Source: Patellaria atrata CBS 101060 (Eukaryota). From it: a stretch of 64,000 nt of DNA. Each line of letters starts with the position of its first letter. The stretch's first letter is position 1. Under the pieces are notes generated by a model, which saw nothing but the letters and a program-made list of their open reading frames with translations, was not told the DNA's origin and did not search any database. The position numbers were made by a program, and so were the translations under genes. The stretch lies in assembly GCA_010093705.1 (NCBI GenBank), contig MU006122.1, forward strand, positions 5,331-69,330. The letters are read 5' to 3'. Of the stretch, positions 52,574 to 64,000 are shown piece after piece.

Positions 52574-55500
52574 TCAACCTTTCCTAGCGCCGAAGAGTAA
52601 CAAACTTAGTGCAGTATCGTTGCTACCTGCATTCGATGTGGGGTCTGGTAGTATCTCCCATCGGCGAAGTGGGACGGGAATAGTACGCATCTCTGAGCGG
52701 AGCATCTGCTGAGTAGGAGTTGATCGTTGCGCCGGAGAGCTAACACGTGCAGGTATAGGAGACTGTTGTACCTTAACAGCACCATGCTGCTGCCCGCCAA
52801 CCGCTCTCGGAACGTTGGGAAGATTGAAAGGAACGCTTTGCACTGTCGAGGGGTGAATAAGACCTAACCAGTCATCACGGTTCGCGGAACACCCAAATAA
52901 AAAGAATAACCGTCGATCCCCATTGAGCCTTAGAGTATCAGATTTTGAAAATAAGGTTCGAAGTTCATCTGGCAAACCTGTTGGAATTAGTTCCCAGTTG
53001 AGTCTCACAATCTTCAACATAGCTAAGAACTCACCATCCGAAAGGTAAGACAACACGTCAAATACAAATTCAACCGTAGTGTGATGGTTTTGAAGCTTTT
53101 CGTTGACAAGCAAGCCGCTCAGAAGAGGTAATATAGCAACACTATCAGAAAAGCCCGTTTTTAAATTTTGAAATGATTCATAATGTATGACTGTAAGTCG
53201 CAAAAGAGCGTGAATACTGCAGGACAGATTAGCCTCGGGAGCCACTTTATAATTTAGAGATACTCACCAAGCACATATTTGAATGTAAGCCCTTTTCAGC
53301 TGCTCGGTTTCGCCATTCAGCACAGTTCCAATGCCTTGCAAGCTTTCTGCTATAGCCTTGAAACCGTCCAAGATCCTTGAAGCGATAGTGTTACTAGCTC
53401 GTGGTGTCGGTAGAGAAGCAGTACCATCTAGCATAGACAGATAGCCACGAAACGTTGAGATTTCAGTATCTGAATCTGTAGGATTGCTTGAATCGAAGAC
53501 GGAGGGTAACCTTTGGGTTGCAATTGCGTTAAGAATCTGCTCCTCAACATAGGATCGTATCTAAAAACTTTTAGCTGGTCGTAGCAGGATAAGTGCCAAA
53601 AGCATAGCCTACCTGCTCTGCTACCTCTACTTCTAATCCGACAACGAAATCAATACAGTCAGTTGAATTCCTTCCCAATCGCTCATTGGTCGTCTCTAAA
53701 AAGATAGCAATCAAATTATTACGATCTTCGGTTGATCTTCCAGCAATTCTGAATATGTGGTTGATTTGGAGAAGGCAGAATGGTAAGGCAAGGTCGTCTG
53801 CACACTGGAGTACTATCTTCATTTGTGCCCCGAGGTCCAATTTTGGTAAACCTGTCCTTGTAAGCACATTATATAATGAGAAAGGAAGTGTGCTAGTCAC
53901 CAAGAGAACCCAATGGATCAAAGATCTTATCAAGTGTAGTCTTCAGGTAACGCATGGTAACTGGGCTGAGGCGAATTGTAGGGCTTTCTAACAGTCCCAA
54001 GAATACCTTTGGCTGTTGCAGAATGAGTAAAGTCAAGAAAGAACGAAACCTCATATCATCCCCCAAGATCCTCATAGACGTGGAAACGTCAGTGCCAGAA
54101 CTTGCAGCGAATGACTCGACCGAAAGCCGAAAGATGTCTATGATAAGACCTCCCTGCGTAGATATGAAAACCCGCTGCCGATTCCGATAACGGTATGTAT
54201 CCTATAACTGTGTTAATCAGAGCACCACCGTAGCCTAATGTAAACTCACATCCGCAAAGTTGATCATCCTGTCATCGGCTGGTAATAGCGCATCGAGGAC
54301 ATTGGTTGCTATCCGCACTGTCAGGTCAGAGTTCGAGCTTTGTATGAGACCAAGGGCTTTCTTCGCGGAGCATGCGAAAGTTTTCAAGGTTAGACAATCT
54401 GCCATGACCAAGGAAGGTAGAAGCGATATAGTAATCTGCCAATTGCCTTTGAGCAACATAGCAAATATCCAATCGTGTATCAATTGATCAAACTTGTTAC
54501 CGTCGAACTGCCTTAGTCGATAAAGCCATGTTCCCAGCTTTCCGTAGTTCCGATCCTCTTTGACATCTTGAACCTGAATCCAATCTGCGATCTTAGTGAA
54601 AACACGGCCAATCATATGTTCATCCATGCTGTTGCCACTTGATAAGATGGACTCTATTTCTTCATCTACACTGATACTCGATGAGTGTAGAACCTCAGTC
54701 ATGTTGTCAGAAGCTGGCGAACAGACGGCAATCGTCGCTTTCTGATCCCCCCTAGACAAGTCATACCTTAACTGGGCAGTGATATTGAGATCACTGTCAA
54801 CCACCCTGGCCAGCATAAGCAGGGAGCTGAGGAATGGTTTATCGAGAAGTCTATGAGAACGAAGGTGAATATAACGCAGAAAGAGAGAAGAACTAAGCTC
54901 CTGTAAAGCTCCAACTGCAGCATAAGTGAGATGGTGGTTACTGAGTGCATCGCTTATGGCCGTGAGGATCGCTTCATCCTGGGAAAGAATAGCGAGCTTC
55001 ATAATGTCGGCGAGGATAGGAAAATCACCAATTATCTCAAGAATGTCTCGTAGACGACAAAAGTCGGTCGAAGTGAAAGATACTGTTGACTGGTCCTCTT
55101 GTGAACTGGATAGGAAGTTAATAAATATATGGATGTACTTCAAAGGCGACACTAACCCTTTAGAGCCTCCCATAACGTCAAAAATACGCATACGGAGCCA
55201 TTGGCTAATTCCAAATCGGCTATTAACACCAAGGCTCTGCAATCCTGAGAAAAACGACCGAGAAGCCTCCGTAGAATGTTTGGAAGGTACGTGGAAAACA
55301 GTGGGGAGATGTTGAGGGATCTCTTCCTGGAACCGCGCAATGGTTCCCCTTTCCGCACTGATATCGAAATTTACACCACGCAGGAGTGTTTCTCGAAGTC
55401 TTCGCGTGCGTGGCGACAATACATGATCTGGGATTTCCGCTAGGAGCCTCAGATGACATTTACTCGACTGGAAGATAATTAGCGCCGTTTCCGATAACGA

Positions 55501-57700
55501 TGAACATATCTTACCTTGCTGAGATCACCTACGTCTACCAAAGCACCGGTGGCAATCAGCCATTGTAGATATCTTCCCACGGAGAAATGACCTGAACGGG
55601 TGATTTCCGCAAACATCCTGTAGACGGAATTTGAATCGATATCGTATTCACCTGTGGCGTCAACAACAAAGGTGAGCACAGCTTGATCAGTATCCATTTC
55701 AAGTGTTCTCCATTTACGGATTAACCGCGCAGCCACGTAAATACGATGATCTCCAACACGATGGGTAGAGCATGCCCACTTCAGAAGTTGGACTACTAAT
55801 TGGTCAAAGTCCGGGAATAGTGCTAGACACACCTTCGACAAAGCCCGTATGTCAGAGGTATGTGTAAAGGAGTCCAGAAACTTGATGAGTTGTTTACTAG
55901 GAGAGTAGGCTATGATACATGATTCAGCGCTACTAGTAAGAATTAGTTGGTTGTTTCTGCGAGTTATCCTTGAAATAATCAGCGGCAAGATGTCCGACTT
56001 GACAAAGCTGGTTAGATCCATGACTGTGCTCTCGTACTTCTTCCAAGTCTTCGGAAGGATAAAGCAACCTTCATGTGACAGTAGAAGCGTCACACAGAGG
56101 TGCTGCAATTTCTTGAGCATATCTTGATGAGTCTCGAAGAGGGGATCGGAGCGTGTCTTCACAAGGTTAGCAACACCCCGCAATGGATAAAGGAATCTTT
56201 ACCAGTCCAATATGAGCAAGCAAACATTCTGCCAATCTCCGCCCACGTTTACGGGCGGATACTAAGTCTTTCCAGAATATTTGGGAGATCAATAACCAAA
56301 CGGGTAAACGCTCGGGTTGGGTTTGTTCAAAAGATGAGAGAAGCCAATCGAGGAAGTGGTCTCTATCTATGATGTTTTCCGCATAGATATGAGAGGCTAA
56401 GCGAATGCTGTGAAGAGTAATTGTAAGAATATGCCTTGATGTGAAGGGGCAGAACTTACACATATTCCATCTTCGATTGCCAGTTAGCCTGACCACAACT
56501 CGAGATGGCGCCTTCTACTACTTGCTCAACGTTACTCGTCCACTCTCTGATCCATTTGAGCTCTCCGCCAGCTCCGGTAGTACCGGAAGCTCCTTTCCGC
56601 TTAAACGCGCGCATTTCATTTGCGCCCACACATTTAGCGAGCCACACCGCCCTTGCAGAGGGTATACACTTATTGATACATTGTTCTAGTAAACCCTTCC
56701 CCGTGATTCCGTACGGTATAGTCCTGCTCAATCTACGTAGAGCTACGTTCGGATTAGCAAGTTCGCGAAGCCAACCCTCTCTTTTGGTATCTGTCAAGGT
56801 TACTCTGGGTGGAGGTTTGAAGGTAGAGGGCGAGGATAAACGTCCCAATGACTGTCTTTTCTCTAGAACGGTAACGAAGAGAGATGAGAGACTTTGCATG
56901 CCAGATTTATTTTTTAGATGGTTCCAAAGGGAGGGTCGAGCAGTGTTTGTTTCATTAGAAATTTGCGCCTTGGTCTGGAATCCGTGTTTTACAATATGCT
57001 CGGATAGGACATCTTCGGGATGATTCCCTATCCAAGGCGAAAAGTCCACAGAACCTGTATATTTGTTAGTATAAAGTCTCACGGAAACTAATACGTATCG
57101 CTGACCTTCATGCGGGAGCCTCAGGGAAATCGGTGGCGTATCAAGACCTTGAGTTTTCGAAATATTTTCTCTTAGATCTCTCCGTAACTGAGAATCTTGA
57201 ATATTAACAACGGGTTTCGGTCGGAGCTGGGTAGCATATTGAGGCTGAAAGAGTGGTCGGGAAGGATGGGCCAATTGTACATTGGATGAATGTAAGAAAA
57301 CGTGTGGTTTCACAGGATACGAAGTTTGAGTTGCATCCTCCCATGACTGACATGTGCTTGCTTCGAAGTACTCTGCGAACTGTAACTTAGGTTTCCCTCG
57401 TGAAGCTTGGGAGTATGTATGACCCTTCACGATTGGTACGCCATCCCTTGAATCTAAATTACTATCAACGGTTGGAAGAGACGGGGTAGAGTGTGCTGAT
57501 TGGAATTCCGCGGGAGAGTCGAGTAAAGGTCCTGGGTAGTCATCACCATCGAGTGTAAGGTCAATGTAATGCTCTTGTGATCGGGCGCTCGTTCCGTTTG
57601 ATATGGTTGTACTTGGACGAACTCGGGAGGACTGTCGACCTCCCGCGCTCGGTGTGCGCTGAGGAACATATGGGAGCCCTGGGGCAGGGCGTGAAGTCAT
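52574..57700 (-). CDS. SRB8: Mediator kinase-module subunit 12, multi-exon
   Basis: Med12 domain FKPPPRVTLTDTKREGWLRELANPNVALRRLSRTIPYG...RAVWLAKCVGANE, plus FSVGRYLQWLIATG. Confidence 0.92.
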
Positions 57701-58930
57701 CGCACTGGAGGCGTAGACATGTTCGAGAGGGCAAATTGCGCCTTATCGGGTGAAGCACTGGATCCAGCGCGAAGGACGACGTGATTCTGTAGGGCGGGCA
57801 CACATCTGGGTGTGAGATGGAAGTGAGTTGTAGGTTGAAAACACTGCTATAAGGATAGATTAGCTGATCAGGAGAGTATTGAAAGGAATCTGTATATGAG
57901 AGTAAGAGTAGAGGCGGGTTGGGGGTTCAAATGGTCAGTTGGTGTGCAAGCGCAAGCAAGAACTGGCCATGGCTGTATGGAGCCGGTAAGTTACGGCAGC
58001 ATGGTAGGGCAACAAGGGACGAGAACCGGAGCGTGGGGAGACTGCCACCAGTTAACCAGTAGCGCCTACCGTATGTGAACAAGACACTCAAGGAAGGAGT
58101 TGCGGCACTGTGCAGATCAGCCGTGACAGCCTAATCCCCTTCAAGAATTTTTATATCAGGGTCTGATATGTTATACCTTAATAGAAATCCAGTACCTTCA
58201 CAGTACTTCCGTCGGAAGGTACTGAAACGGGGTACGATGGGAACTGTACAGTAATGTAGAACTATGGAGCAGAATCGTTCAACAGAACTCAACAGCGCTC
58301 TTTCTTTTAACACCGAGACTACCCAAGCTACCTTGTTAATAACCTAGTGAGTCTAAACGGTAAAGCTCTACTGTACACAAGTGCGGCGCGGCCTTCCCGT
58401 GGACTACCAATCATCGTGGCTTGATATAGGGTATCATTTTGTTACTGTTGTTGCTTTTGGATGTATAATACAGGACAGAACCTTACCGTACTCTCCGGGT
58501 CCCTTGCGGAAGCCCTTATTTGACTCCGGAAAGCCAATTCGTTCTTTCACCGTCAAAATAGCAATGACTAATACGGTGGAACCTTTGAAAACGCTTACTG
58601 ATTATCGTATCAATGACATTTCTATCCCGAGCAGTCCCAAGATGGAGAATGTACTGTACATTGCCTCCTTTAATCAATAAAAGCAACACTCGGCAGTGGA
58701 GTGCCCGGAGTTCCATTTTGAGCGCGCTTGACTTGCGGTTGCATCGGCTTCGGCGTCAACATCCACTAGTTCTGGTCCTAATCGCGGTGGGAAGTCTCCT
58801 TGGCTGCTTATTCAACTGGACCTTGGACCTACAACATCCCTCAAAGCCCAATAAGGTACCTTTGAACAGAGAGCGAATCCACAGAACCCATTATTTCGTA
58901 CTAGTGAGAGAACTGGTCGTCAAAGTGACA

Positions 58931-59705
58931 ATGGCTTCGAAGAAAGATATGCGTCGGGATGATCTCAGTATGCTTCTCGAGATTCCTCAGAAGGTGATAC
59001 CCAGTACATGGAGCTTTTACTAACAAAATGGCTTTTGAAGTTGTTCCATATCTGGAACCGGAAAAGGATAAAAGTGAGGGTGATATGATGGGTCAGTGAT
59101 GTTCTAACCCATGTCTCCAAGAGAACATTGCTAATCTTATGTAGGGACAATGTCCAGTACCTTGCCAATGGCCGCTGTAAGTTAAATGAACTGTAGCCCT
59201 GTGCTCGACAACGATTGATATATATGACTATAGATCTTCACGAGGAATAAGTATGAAAACCGCTGCAAACACTCCCGTTTTATATAACGTGTCTACTAAT
59301 TACGACTCACTTCAACACAGGATGGTTGGTTGGTAGGTTGCACAACCCTCGTATTGTTCCCTATACTGCTGAAATTGATTAACTTACGACCAAAGGACTG
59401 CTGTACTTTTTGCTCTTCAAACATGGCTGGCTGAGACTCCTGAGACAAGACGAACGTCGAACACCCCTGGTTACTTTTCCGTTGGAATGGCTGGTAAGTT
59501 CCTCGAACCCGTTTTGTATCACTAGTTGACTAACCGCAATGTAGTCATGTCTCTATTTGTCGTGAGTCCGATAAGTACCTCTCACCGTATGTAATATTGC
59601 TGACATGTTTAGACATACCTGCCCCTTTTCCTACCGCCAGGGCCGGTCAATCGTGCTGCAGGCGGATCCGGAACAGAGGCACCTGCAGCCGTTCCCCCAG
59701 CTTGA
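58931..59705 (+). CDS. Asterix/WDR83OS-like (PAT complex, UPF0139) small membrane protein, 118 aa, 8 exons
   Basis: Seven GT-AG introns join in frame to give MASKKDMRRDDLIVPYLEPEKDKSEGDMMGTMSSTLPMAAIFTRNKMVGWTAVLFALQTWLAETPETRRTSNTPGYFSVGMAVMSLFVTYLPLFLPPGPVNRAAGGSGTEAPAAVPPA*. Confidence 0.82.
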
Positions 59706-60058
59706 TGCTGCACATTTTATCAGTTGCTTATTAAACTTATAAAGATCTTATTTGCCTCTTCAATTGTTAGGACTATCTGTTTCATGATAGTTGTATATGT
59801 GTATGGGACATGTTATTCAACAGGGGTAATTTCAATACTGTGCCCTAATGTATTTAGAAGTATGAATAATTTCCAAACAGATAATCTTAAGAAAGCATTC
59901 CAGTTCTAGGTAACAGTTAACCATGTGCAACTATGTTAAGGTATAGAGGTTCCTAGAACAGAAGCAAAAGTAATTAAGTTTACAGTACTTTGTACATTTA
60001 TTTCTAAAACATACGACCTGTTCATATGTCCACATCAACTAGCGTCGTTGCTCACTTG

Positions 60059-61061
60059 CTATCTATGTTGCGTCAATCTCTCCGCAAAGGCCTCTTTGTC
60101 CCTTAACCAATCACTCCATCTTGTTTCTTTAGCCATACCCCAGATCGACCATGGCTCTTCCACTCCCATCCACATTTTCCTCTGCAAGACGAGATATTCA
60201 GTGACCTCTTTCACCTTGTCCTTGGATTCTGCTAGATCATGATCATGACCCGGCTGAGGGGATTCTTTCGGATTCCGTAATATCAAGCGCTGCTTACTCA
60301 CGATTCGTACTACCACCTGACGCATACCGCATGCTCTCGATGGATCTTTCGAATCGTTCCCTACGGGTAAAGGGGAGGCTTTATTACTGACTACTCTAGT
60401 CTTGAGCCGACTGACGCTTTCCAACCTCCACTCGTATTGTGAACTTGGACTTCTCTGAGAAATTCGAGACCGGAATGAGTTGTAGAGACCATCTGCGCAC
60501 ATCTCTCGTAAACGAGCCACATCACCTGCCGCGAAGGCCAGGTACATCTGTGATTGTAGGTCGAGCGTTATACGACGGAGGGACCAGTTTTGTAACGAGG
60601 GACGCGGCTTGGACCTTCGGAGGACGAATTTATAGTAGAACTGACTGTACTTGGAATTAGCGGTCCTCAAAAATGCTGAGTCGAAAAGCCGATGACCTGA
60701 ATTTGTCCACGAATCTGGTCTTCACCCTCTGCAGTTCTAAATGATACCTCTCAGTAGGGTTCTGAAAGATTGAAGGCTTGTTTTTCCCTGTGGGCATTAT
60801 GAATGTCTCTATTATATTTATTAATTCTCTATACCCTCTGAACGTGGAGGAGATCGGAATGATCTTACCAGGAAACAAGCCAATGTCGTTTGGGAATTCT
60901 TTCTTCTGTCTTTCGGCCGCGGCTACTCTCAAGCTCTGCGGCGGTTTACTGATCCGCTCTTTCGCAAGCGCCCGCTGACTCTTGTTCTGCGCATTAAAAG
61001 AAATATTGCGAGTGTATTTCAGGATTCGAAGGACAGGTCTTGTCCCAAGGTTTAAAGCCAT
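60059..61061 (-). CDS. Mitochondrial Tim44-like domain protein (Mba1/mL45-like)
   Basis: Basic presequence-like N-terminus, PNDIGLFP|ETFIMP, MYLAFAAGDV...C.DGL, RQVVVRIVSKQ and EYLVLQR...W.IWG. Confidence 0.78.
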
Positions 61062-61246
61062 TGGAACGGGTAAGGTAAGGTATCGATGGTTTTGGTCTCC
61101 GCTTATTTTATTCGTAGAGACCAGAGTACATACCATAATTCTAACCTAACCATAATTAGCCAAAGGGGTGGGATGCGTCAGCACGTGATCCCCACCGTCT
61201 CACAACCTTCCTGTGACAACGCTGAACCCCACGAACTCACATTGTC

Positions 61247-62421
61247 ATGTCCCCGATTATCTACTCTTCGTGCATAAAACATTTACAGTCCTCGCTCACT
61301 AGAAGGCAGTTATATTAGGAGCGTAAGCTCGCAGCTTGCGTTTTTCTGATGGAACTCGGCGGGTTCTGTTTCACGCAGGCCTTCGCGAGGGTGTTCTAGT
61401 ACCTTGGCTCATTTCTTCTTCTATCGAATATCATGTCCTTATGCATGAAGAGTATTCTGCTTTCAAACTCTTGAAAAATTTTAGCACGTTGTTATTGCTC
61501 CTCGGCAGCATATGCCGTTAGATCTTCGTTGAAACTGGCGACAGCTCAGCCAGCAAGGCCAGTTATACCACCGCCTCCGTATCTCTCTAAGGTAGTTCTA
61601 CAAGCTCGTCTTCTACCGAAAGCAGTCTGAATAATTCAAGTCAGCTTACTGTCGCGAACGCAGCATCAGCTCTCCGTCCTAGAGTCGCCGTTCTCTTGGG
61701 AATTGATAAGAAGTGGCACTTACCCTTACTCTTATGCCGTGGTCTATCAACTATTCCTCCAATATGGTGGGGCTTTCAATGCACCGGATTTCTTGTCCGG
61801 TACCGCACTCGAGGCGCCATAATTGAATCATCTACTGGAAGGTTTACTCTAAAAGAAAGGCTGGTACTTACAGAGATTCTGCTGGCAATCCTTTGGGTAA
61901 GTGTACCGTTCGAGGTCCTGGATGGCGTACTGATGTATGATATAGTGTACTGCGTCAGCATACTTATCATTTTTCTTCGCTGATTGTCTAATGTCCCGCT
62001 GGTAAGGATTAGACTGAGTCTGTTAAGGTGTAAATATGCTTAAATTTGGTCTCTTTCGATCACAGGTTGCTTCATTACACACCATCGGCCACCCTTGTAC
62101 GGCTCTTCACCATTAATGCGGTATACATGTACCTCACGTCATGGACTTTGCACCTCTCAGGGGCAGCAGTAAAGCCACAACTTCTCCTCCCTGCGTGGAT
62201 TAGCATTGCACTTGTTAGTGAACCGCTGGTGTCAGTACTTAAAATAGAAATTTTCTCGCATTCTAACATGTACATAGACTCTGACGGTCTTGTACCATCT
62301 TACGCAACGCAAGAGCAATATAAGACGGGAAACATCGGCTGCAATCCGTGTTTTTTGGCTTGCGAGCTTCATAAGCATGTGCCTTTTGTTGATACAAATC
62401 CATTTACGCACCGAGGACTAG
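61247..62421 (+). CDS. EOS1: Eos1-like ER membrane protein (5' exon structure and start uncertain)
   Basis: PRVAVLLGIDKKWHLPLLLCRGLS...TEILLAILW|CTASAYLSFFFADCLMSRW|LLHYTPSATLVRL...LLPAWISIA|TLTVLYH. Confidence 0.75.
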
Positions 62422-62971
62422 GTCGAAGCTTTCTATCAACCAGCCCTGTTCCCTCCATCCTATCCCCTCCCTGTTTCCGCCGTTGTACCGCTGTACAATC
62501 ATATTTTGAGATTTCCCAACTTTCAATGTATAAGTCGATACTGTACGAACAATTGGGATCCTGGACTGAGACGTACTCGCCAGTACACCAGTATATGCAC
62601 AACAAGTGCACAAGAGATGCATAAAAATCTAGTAGATTTTGTCTGAAAATGGCGACGATACGTGTATCTATACTTCTGGGTGTTTCGAATTATACTTCCT
62701 TTATATTTATAAGGCACATCGTATTTCGGTCAGGTCTTGATGGGAAATGGGCAAATTTGAATCGCGGAGAGATTATAGCCTAGTCGAACAATTGATTCAT
62801 GAAATATCACTGCAGTCATAAGCTTAAATCATTTAAAAGCCCATGCAGGTCACCGAGGTACCAAAATCAGAGCTCGATCGCCCACTCGAGCAGATAAAAC
62901 AGCGCAAACGCTTGACCCGAAGAGAGATAACGCAGCAAAAGATTACATTGAAAAGCCAGGCTAGTGCGTGA

Positions 62972-63454
62972 TCAGAAGGCGTTTCTGTCCCAGTTTGGAT
63001 CTTGATTTCTGTTAGTGAAATATTCAAGCAGATAGTGGCTCTTGTTTAGACTACCTTGAACGAAGGCACCAAGCACCTTTGAACCCGTCTGGAGTAAAGG
63101 ATGCCCTACTACTATCTGTAGAAACCGCTGGAGGCCTTCTCTGCGATGCTCGATCACGTCGTCACTGAAGCGGTTTGTAAACACCTTTCCAGGCAGCGGC
63201 GGGATCGTAACTCTCGCGGACTCTCGCTCAAGGATATCTCGAAATGCCTCAAAGTCCGAATACCGCCGGCGAACAGAAGAGGACTTGAGTTTGAAGGCAG
63301 GGATGTTGGTTCGCATGACAATCTCGTAAGTGGTGACCTGATGCCTACCCACACCCGAAGTAATTGGATTTTTCACTTCGATTTCTAGGAAATTTTCAGG
63401 TGGCCCGTACAACTCTTCGTAGGACTGTGTCCGTGACTCTGGGAGAGATTGCAT
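62972..63454 (-). CDS. SNX3: Sorting nexin-3 (PX domain), 2 exons
   Basis: [58 protein letters not shown]. Confidence 0.96.
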   Translation of the reverse strand: MQSLPESRTQSYEELYGPPENFLEIEVKNPITSGVGRHQVTTYEIVMRTNIPAFKLKSSSVRRRYSDFEAFRDILERESARVTIPPLPGKVFTNRFSDDVIEHRREGLQRFLQIVVGHPLLQTGSKVLGAFVQGSLNKSHYLLEYFTNRNQDPNWDRNAF

Positions 63455-64000
63455 CGTGTAAACGTAGTACTGTGGAAATGAGACGAAGGTGCGGTAAGGT
63501 TTACAGCTCAGTTTCCAGTTGATATCAATCTCCCCGCAGTCTAAAATACTTTTGTTGTTCACCTCGTCCTGGTAGGTGCACCCGAGCTTTATAGCGATAT
63601 CTTTTTCTGGGAAACTGTCAACGTGACTCTTTGATGAAGACTTGGAGATCGAAGTAGAACTAACTTAGGTCGATATTATTTGATATGAAGAAATCAGCAA
63701 CTTGTATCAGTTTCCGCTAGTTTTCTAGAACTATCCAGCGAACCGACATTTCAGGTTATCTAAAAATACCAAGTTATGTATTTTATCATGCCGCGGGGTC
63801 TGCTTAATACCTTATCTAATCACATGCAGGTGTAATGGTGTGATGTGAGGGAAAGCTGAACAACCACGAGGTACTGTACATAATCATTCCCGTCAAGGAT
63901 ACTACATTCTGCAAATTGAGCGGGATAAGGTTGTTACTACATCCCAATTCCCTGCTTAGAATCTCGTCAGCTTATTTGTCTTTATAACGGTATCAAAGTC

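Noticed and set aside
58190..58226. Small hairpin CAGTACTTCC-GTC-GGAAGGTACTG
   Set aside because: Short and imperfect, with no supporting context beyond the TACAGTA-type motif already reported.

Overview
Eukaryotic DNA from a filamentous ascomycete (Pezizomycotina): short GT-AG introns with CTRAY branch sites, fungal housekeeping genes and a RIP signature. The window has two sharply separated halves. (1) Positions 1 to ~25,000 are an extremely AT-rich, ORF-free block of RIP-destroyed repeats. Read through the mutations, it resolves into one Ty3/Gypsy chromovirus family (seven LTR copies or fragments), a complete Ty1/Copia element, and an older host repeat present as long inverted copies. The elements are nested three deep, with recoverable target-site duplications. 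The block may be centromeric or pericentromeric (inference only). (2) Positions ~25,100-64,000 are gene-dense and carry 15 intron-containing genes: PLP2, SEC21, a GH5 endoglucanase, COX13, APN2, a Zn2Cys6 TF, SLA2, a Yap-like bZIP, LIP5, MED12, an 8-exon Asterix-like gene missed by the ORF track, an MBA1/Tim44-like gene, EOS1 and SNX3 among them. This half also holds a 287-bp MITE-like foldback and a strongly recurrent non-coding TACAGTA/TACTGTA motif. Gene calls come from my own recognition of motifs and manual splicing; no database search was run. Coordinates in the AT block are approximate.
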